The notes beneath the pieces are model-generated. The model saw only the letters and a program-made list of their open reading frames with translations, searched no databases and was not told where the DNA came from. DNA of 61,789 bases, counting the filler, from Globobulimina sp. (Eukaryota), in assembly GCA_003354225.1 (NCBI GenBank). It is 15 parts of 15 records of this genome, joined end to end, with 100 filler letters (N's around TTAATTAATTAA, not from the genome) between each part and the next. Parts side by side here need not be neighbours in the genome. Positions count along the whole stretch, not along the records: positions 53,642 to 57,666 come from PIVH01001720.1; positions 57,767 to 61,789 come from PIVH01001721.1; 13 more parts are not named here. The stretch is one strand, 5' to 3'. The position numbers and the translations under genes were made by a program. Shown here one piece after another: positions 55,219 to 61,789 of the stretch; the first letter of the stretch is position 1, and the number at the start of each line of letters is the position of its first letter.

Positions 55219-57666
55219 ATGGCAGCGACACTTGAAAACGCAATCGAAAGTTCATGCGATTACAATCATAGTGGAAGAGGAACGTTAACAAGATTGCCGA
55301 CCACCAATAATGGTAATTTCACACCGGTTGGCACATCGGGTACAACTACAGCATCGCCGGACGATATTGTAGCCGTAGATGGTACCAATACCCCCGTTGA
55401 CATGGACATGAATATTACTATCAGCAACACGAAAGAAACCAGCAAGAAAGATGCAAATGTATTTGAGTTTGATTACAATTTCGATGATGATTCAGCAGCG
55501 GATGACGAAGACATTGATACAGAAGTTATGTCAGTGGAGGAAGAGGAAGATGAGAATGAAGAAAGTGCAAATGGAGCAGTTCCATTTGGCATGGCATCCA
55601 ATGCTAAAACGGATGACTATGCGCAAATTCGCACAGCGCATAATCGCACTGTGCCAGACCATGGCAATGATGAGAAGACAGCAACCAATGAACAGACAGT
55701 AAATCCAAAGGTGGCAGTTGTGGTGGTTCCACCGCCCCCCATTAATTATATTGATGCATACGTGCATGATGAGAGTGGCAAATTCCTTTCAAAGATAAAA
55801 GTCAATGAAAATGAAATCAATTCACTCGTCAATGGAGCGTTTGGTAAACAAGTCTCTATCACGTCAAATGGAGTAAGAATTGTGGCTCAAAAGACATTAA
55901 CAACCAAACCAGTAAGAAAATTCCATGAATTCTTAGCGGATTCTCAGGCCGAAGCAGCAGCAGAACAACGGTCAGTGGCAGCGTTAGTGGACAAAGTACG
56001 AACAGCAAATGCGAATAAAAGAAGGAAATTAGAGCCGACCCATGAAAGAAAACGACCACAAAATGTATATTGGCTCACTTTTGAAGACAAAAGAGAGAGA
56101 AACAGAAATATGGCGTTTAAAAATATCAGATTAGGACGAACAAACAAAGGCCGATGGAAAATTGGGCGTTCTCCGCACAATTTACTCATTGATCCGTACA
56201 CCGCGGCCCACAAACTCAGTGATGAAACATTCAAAATTATTATGCGCAAAATGTATGAGAATGGCACACAAGTTTTAAACGCTGATTATAATGCGATTGT
56301 AATACCGAGTCCTGTTCGGTTCTATGGTCCAGGCATTGAAGCAATGGGTGCTTTAAACCAGTCGATGTGGCTAAAAATGCAAGCAATTGATTATGATCAA
56401 CGCGATTTATTATCATTCATAACCCCTGAAAATGGAGACCTTGTCCCTGGCTTTGGGTATGTTACATTTCTCCCTTTTCGTACAGTTGGCGGTATCATTG
56501 CGCTGTTAAACGGCTATGGAATGAATGTTGGCGAGACCTTATTGGATGCCATGTCCTATAAAACATTAAAAATCACTGTCAAATTAATGCCAGCCAGCTA
56601 TCGATGGTCGGACGTTGACATACAAATTCATTCTGAGGCAGGCAAAAACACTGCGATCCGTGATATGAGCGATGAGCAATTAAAGGTTCAGTTATCGAGG
56701 GCCTACAACAACAAAGTTAAGACAACCCTTCGTGGCGCAGCGTGTGTGATGCGTAATATGAACGGTGATTATTCGACGGATATCGACATGAATGGCATCA
56801 TGTCATTGTATCGAATCCCCTCCATTGATGGTCGCCCATTCTTGATTAAAATGGAAGGCATTGTTGCTTCGCAGGGCCTAATCAATAATGTTGCAGTCTA
56901 TGAATACTCATTGGATACCAAATTGAGAGATGATCATTTCTCGCACCCTTCAAATCCATTGCCATTTGATATCAAAGCGCAGATTGAGACATTATTCGAA
57001 GATCTCATGATTTATCCAAGTAACATCCGATTGAATGACTGGGTTGATGCCAATAAAGGAGATTGCAGTCGTTTCGTACGCAAAGCGACCATCACCAATG
57101 TCAATAAATGGTTTCTCATTGGCATTGAACCCAAAGACTCATTAGGTTTCCATCAAGATATCCGTGCCATGGTACATTCCAATACCCTGAAATTGACAGT
57201 GGGTACGGTCAATATCACGGAAGCAGCACCGGCCAAATTCCATGATATATTAAAGAAAACGATGGGATATTGCAATCGCCATCGTGTAATTGACCCAATT
57301 TGTGGAGGATTATTCTGTGTTGACGTCATTGCGAAAGCCAAGCAACAAGACGCGACCATCAACAGTGTGCACAAGAATAAATCAATCAAAGACAAGGCGA
57401 ATCTACGTTGGATTAATCGCGTTCAAATTTGTAAGAAATGCTCGGAGGATTATACGCGTTCTCATATATGTAAAGCAAAGAATAACCGTCCAAGGGACCC
57501 CGTTGATGGCTCCACTGCGTTATTGTTCTCCTCATCGTCATTATCTCATACGAGCAAAGTTATGTTTTTACATAATGTCGTCCTACGGCGAATTGCAGGC
57601 TTAGACCCATATGGCTTATCCGATGAAAAATTGATGGATTGGACATTGTCGCAGGAATATAATAAT
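55219..57666 (+). CDS. Large intronless hypothetical protein, possibly retroelement ORF1/gag-like, 3'-truncated
   Basis: >810 codons; disordered acidic N-terminus; C-terminal CNRH...C...C and CKKC...H.C clusters. Confidence 0.6.
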
Positions 57667-57766
57667 NNNNNNNNNNNNNNNNNNNNNNNNNNNNNNNNNN
57701 NNNNNNNNNNTTAATTAATTAANNNNNNNNNNNNNNNNNNNNNNNNNNNNNNNNNNNNNNNNNNNN

Positions 57767-58089
57767 GACTCGATATCGCCCGCATGAATACCCACCAAAC
57801 TCTGCGGGTTTTTCACCCCGGTATTTATCGCATTTTTGAGCATGAAGCCATTGGCCGTCTTCAACTCCTTCAACTTCTCAAATAAATCCTTCGTCAAATG
57901 CTTCGCCATCAATCCTTTGCATTTCGCCAACTCGGCCGCCGGATACTCGTTTTGCACCAATAACGGATGCAATTCGATCGCGGTTTGTTCTTTTTGGTCT
58001 TTTTCTCGTAGTAAACTTCTTTTGAGTTCTTCTTCTTTGTCATCTACGCCGCCGTCATTTGGTGTACAACAATCGAAGGCCAATCCCAT
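57767..58089 (-). CDS. Phosphagen (arginine/creatine) kinase N-terminal fragment
   Basis: KGLMAKHLTKDLFEKLKELKTANGFMLKNAINTGVKNPQSLVGIHAGDIE. Confidence 0.88.
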
Positions 58090-58140
58090 GGTTCAAAGGT
58101 TTTAGTTCAAATATTGGTTGAAAAATTGGTTGAAAAAAAC

Positions 58141-59622
58141 ATGTCCTCCTCTTTGTCTGAAGCTGATGAAGAATTATTGCGCAAAGTAAAAGAGGACGAA
58201 ATTGAGTATATTCGATTTGAACGTTGCGATTTATATTCCAGGTCGACTGGGAAATTAATCCCTGTGGCAGAGCTCAAAAATGTGTTATTAAATGGATTAC
58301 CAAGTTAATAACTTAAAACACACCAAATTATTTACTTATTTATGTTGCTTGATATACCATCATACACAGTGCCAAAACCTTCCTTTGGAATAGGCGCAGG
58401 TTATCTGACTTGGTACATCAATGATTCGTACCATAACACAGCAAATGTTTCATGCTTTCCATATCATTCAACATATAGGAAATTACCTCCATTATTATGC
58501 AAAAATGCAAACATTGCCAGAATTCAATATTATCCAACATTTGGCATTGATGATTTGTCTGCCAATAAAACATTATTCAATGTGGACCCCAGAACATTAT
58601 GTTTACAACAAATCATGTCATTGCATAGTTTGTTTGGATTCGATATATTCTCCGCATTTGAATATGAATTTACTATGTTCAAACAACCTAAAACACCACA
58701 CGGCGAATTGGTGCCTCTTTGGGAACATAAACACTTCGCAAACAACCTATCATTAGCACAACATAACGATTTTATATTTGATTGTGAGCGCTCTTTACGT
58801 TCAATGGGGGCATATTTGGAAACAATGCATTTAGAATACGGTCCAGGAAGCTATGAATGGACAGTAAAGCCTGCACAGAATATGGATTGTGCAGATAATG
58901 CGTTTTTACATAAATCCATTATCAAAGAAATTGCAATGAAAAGGGGATGGATCGCAAGTTTTAGCACCACGCCGCAATGCGATGCGACCTCTGGCTGTAG
59001 CAATGGCGCACATTTTAATCATTCATTGTGGCGGGATGGGAAGAATGTATTTTATGACGCAAACAGTGCTGATAAATTGTCATTGACGGCAAAGTATTGG
59101 ATTGGTGGTATACTGAAACATATTGAAGGTATTACCTGTTTCAGTGTACCTACAATTAACTGTTTTCGTAGAATACGAAATCATTCCTGGGCTCCAGCCA
59201 ATGCCTCATGGGGCTATAATAACCGCACTGCGATGATTCGAGTGAAGCGCGGAGGTGAAAGGGGGACATATTTTGAATATCGGCTCCCGTGTTGTGCATC
59301 AAATCCATATTTAGTTGTGGCCAGTGTTATAATTGCGGGAATGGATGGGATTAAAAATAAAATATTACCATATTGCCCACCATGCAATGATGATGTGTTT
59401 GCACCGCATAATAAGGATAAATTTCATGAAATACCGCAATGTTTAAATGAATCATTGGAGGCTTTATTGCAAAATGAAGTTGTTTGTAAACAGTTTGGTG
59501 ATATGTTTATTGAATCATATGTTGCTACAAAGAGAATGGAAATTGAGTCATTTGAGAAGTTAACGGAAAGTTTGGATGGGAATCCAGTCGCTGCGGAAAC
59601 ACGAATGTTTTCCAAGTTATAA
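58141..59622 (+). CDS. Glutamine synthetase type I-like / gamma-glutamyl ligase; intron 58304-58369
   Basis: YIRFERCDL...TGK, AFEYEF, HLEYGPGSYE, NGAHFNHSL, WGYNNRTAMIRV, FEYRLP, SNPYL. Confidence 0.88.
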
Positions 59623-59747
59623 CCACTATGATTTATAATTGATTTCTTAAAGTTTTGAAGACACTTTAATATCATATTAAATAAGTTATAATAAGGGGAT
59701 GACATCTTGTGGCTAGCTCAAAAATACTCACTAAAGTAGTTAAAAAA

Positions 59748-60522
59748 ATGAGTAAAAAGAAGATCCTGAAGCCGGTAATGGTGAAATGGACTCAAATGAC
59801 CTGTCCAGCCCGAGAAGTTATGCATTATCATAATAACACAGTAATAATTGAAATTTCTGGAAAAGTTATTGACATTTTGTTTTTGCAAATGATTCACTTT
59901 TAAGGCCAAACCCGTACCAGAATTAGCACGGCCATTAGGTAGAATGGGTGTGAATACAGCCGAATTTTGCAAACAATTCAATGCGAGGTCAGAATCAGAT
60001 GGATGGAATCCCGGAATTGAAGTTGGTGTTCGCTTATTTACGTTTTCCGACAGAACCTATAAATTCGAAATACGTTCCCCGCGATTACTATACATATTAA
60101 ATCATAGGAAATTCAACAAACCGTACAAAAAAGATGCATCAAGCACTGCTGATGCGGCGCTTAAAAAAAAAGACGCAAAAAAACTATTAAAGCAACAAGC
60201 TGTGGAAAAAAAGGAAATAGTAACCTTTGGTCGCAAAGATCAGCCCGATGGATATATTGATGTACGTGAAATATATGAATTGGCCAAAATAAAAATGCAA
60301 GATCAAGGAAATCAGGATGATACATTGCAAACCATGGCGAAAAAAATAGCATTGAATTGCGAGAATCATAATGTTAAAGTTGTTCAATTTGGTGGCAAAC
60401 AGCCAAAACCTAAACTGGACCGAATGTTTGAACCATATTATAATATGTGGACACTATACAAAGAAAACGATAGATTTTGGAAAGCACCTAATAGGCCTTT
60501 TAGATGGCAAAATAAAATGTAA
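59748..60522 (+). CDS. MRPL11: Bacterial-type (probably mitochondrial) ribosomal protein uL11; intron 59817-59904
   Basis: Spliced CPAREAKPVPELARPLGRMGVNTAEFCKQFN, DRTYKFEIRSP, IDVREIYELAKIK. Confidence 0.8.
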
Positions 60523-60598
60523 AATGTTCAGCTTTTTATTTTTTTCGCGTACTCAAAAACAGTCCAAAACTAGTTTGACAGCTCACCAATCAATAATC

Positions 60599-61267
60599 AT
60601 GTCGTTGATGTCTTTATGGTTGCTGTTATTTCTCTGCTTGCAACATGCATTGAGTGAACCTATATTTTTTGAGATATTTGGGTATCGGAGTGAATGTGTG
60701 TTTGATTGGTTCGATGAGAATGAGGTAATGCAATTTTTTTATGAAATAAGAGCAGAACAGGATGATAATCGGCGGCGTTCCGAGATTGAAATCAAAATAA
60801 TGACAGAAAATGACCAATTATTAACGGCCCGCCGTGGATATCAAGATCTGATACATTATGAAGTGACACGCAATGGAATTTATAAGATTTGTTTTGCAAT
60901 GATTGGCTCCTACCATGACACCACCATTGTGGGCATAGAAATGTTAGGTTTAAAATCAGAATCTCATTATCATCAAAAAGATTTGGTGAAACAGGAACAT
61001 ATAAATCCAATGTATGGCAAAATAGTAGCAATTGCAGGTACTTTGGATGAAGTAGAATCGTTACAATCTGCATCAAAAAATTGGGCAACGCAATATTGGG
61101 ATCAATTGTTATTCGGTGAAGAGTATTTGGCATTTTATGGATGGATTCAAGGATGGTTATTGTTAACGGTTTCAATTTGTCAAATAAGATTAATACGACA
61201 GTGGTTCGGCACAGTTGGTGCCAGAATTCACACCAAAAAAAGACATGGAATTAATTATAGAGTATAA
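60599..61267 (+). CDS. p24/emp24 GOLD-domain cargo receptor
   Basis: Signal peptide, SECVFD...GIYKICF, coiled coil, TM, QIRLIRQWF. Confidence 0.85.
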   Translation: MSLMSLWLLLFLCLQHALSEPIFFEIFGYRSECVFDWFDENEVMQFFYEIRAEQDDNRRRSEIEIKIMTENDQLLTARRGYQDLIHYEVTRNGIYKICFAMIGSYHDTTIVGIEMLGLKSESHYHQKDLVKQEHINPMYGKIVAIAGTLDEVESLQSASKNWATQYWDQLLFGEEYLAFYGWIQGWLLLTVSICQIRLIRQWFGTVGARIHTKKRHGINYRV

Positions 61268-61475
61268 ACAAATAAACACATCATAAAAAACATCAAATTC
61301 GTGAGTTTCATTCTGTTTCTTGTTGCAAAATGCATCTTCATTTTCAAATTGGTGCGAAATCCGAATGTCCGAATGTCAGATTCTAGGCTCACAGATTGCT
61401 GATCAGAAAACATCGGGAGACAAAAACTAAATTATTTTCTAGCAAGAATGAACTGATGAGCTAAGAATTCATTTT

Positions 61476-61789
61476 CTATCTTTGTTCTTGGTATCTTTGG
61501 CGGTAAATTTGTCTGAATCTCCTTTTGTTTGGACCATAACGAATCCATGTTTTGGTCAAATTTTTATTTTTTGAAAAATATCCATTGTATAGCAAAGGAT
61601 GAAAGTATATGAATCCATGAGATATTGCGTATCTATTTAATGGCTGTTGTGTTGGTGGATGATTTAGTCTTTGCCATCTCAAGTATTCCCAATGCCTTTT
61701 CATTGCATAATCCATGTGTCTACGATCAAATTTTGCTGGTAAAGTTATTCTATTTCCAGTTCCAGTTACTGCATCTTTCAAGAATTCCA
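61476..61789 (-). CDS. 3' fragment of a basic hypothetical protein
   Basis: Open frame of about 100 codons from the window end; no recognisable motif. Confidence 0.45.
   Translation of the reverse strand, partial: EFLKDAVTGTGNRITLPAKFDRRHMDYAMKRHWEYLRWQRLNHPPTQQPLNRYAISHGFIYFHPLLYNGYFSKNKNLTKTWIRYGPNKRRFRQIYRQRYQEQR

Larger units (their letters stand above)
4035..57766. other. 14 artificial 100-nt contig spacers (44N-TTAATTAATTAA-44N) at 4035, 8167, 12299, 16431, 20563, 24693, 28823, 32952, 37036, 41164, 45292, 49417, 53542 and 57667
   Basis: Identical spacer each time, with stops in all six frames. Intervening contigs are 4034 down to 4023 nt (one is 3984). Confidence 0.98.

Noticed and set aside
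4079-57722. Regularly spaced TTAATTAATTAA palindromes as a CRISPR-like or biological repeat
   Set aside because: Always centred in 44N+44N; an artificial contig joiner.
5218-59904. Other split ORFs (VIT-VWA, Ras, Rac-XK, CAP, GS, uL11) as frameshifts or pseudogenes
   Set aside because: Each break is resolved by a short GT-AG intron that restores a conserved motif.
1-61789. rRNA, tRNA or CRISPR arrays; prokaryotic operons
   Set aside because: None recognisable by eye; tRNAscan-SE/Infernal would be needed to exclude small RNAs.

Overview
This window is not one locus. It is 15 unrelated contigs of about 4.0 kb, almost all in decreasing length order, joined by 14 artificial 100-nt spacers (44 N + TTAATTAATTAA + 44 N). 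No synteny can be inferred across spacers. Most contigs look like one AT-rich, very gene-dense eukaryote using the standard code, with short GT-AG introns (mostly 52-88 nt) and tiny intergenic gaps. The gene repertoire (7TM-RGS, kelch, VWA, small-GTPase fusions) is reminiscent of foraminifera/Rhizaria, which is an inference only. Contig 45392-49416 looks like it comes from a different genome. Recognisable genes include a VIT-VWA-NDR-kinase fusion, a VLIG/GBP-type giant GTPase, ANKRD13-like, Ras, MFS, a UBC4-type E2, a PuuE-like allantoinase with PTS1, TatD, an RRM protein, kelch, a Rac-XK-like fusion, CAP, an inositol 5-phosphatase, a C-type lectin, a histone-fold protein, a non-LTR retrotransposon, GT25-like, a phosphagen kinase, GSI-like, uL11 and p24. 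The top candidate for a new system is an eRF1 paralogue fused to a SANT/Myb domain (29581-30984). Its reading frame is broken exactly three times, once at each stop codon: TAG in place of the catalytic GGQ Gln, TGA at a prfB-like +1 site (AGG TTA TAT GTT TGA C), and TAA at a second frame switch. It is either a recoding-controlled termination sensor or a young pseudogene. A second candidate is a roughly 30-aa box motif that recurs in unrelated proteins, once inside a kinase activation segment.
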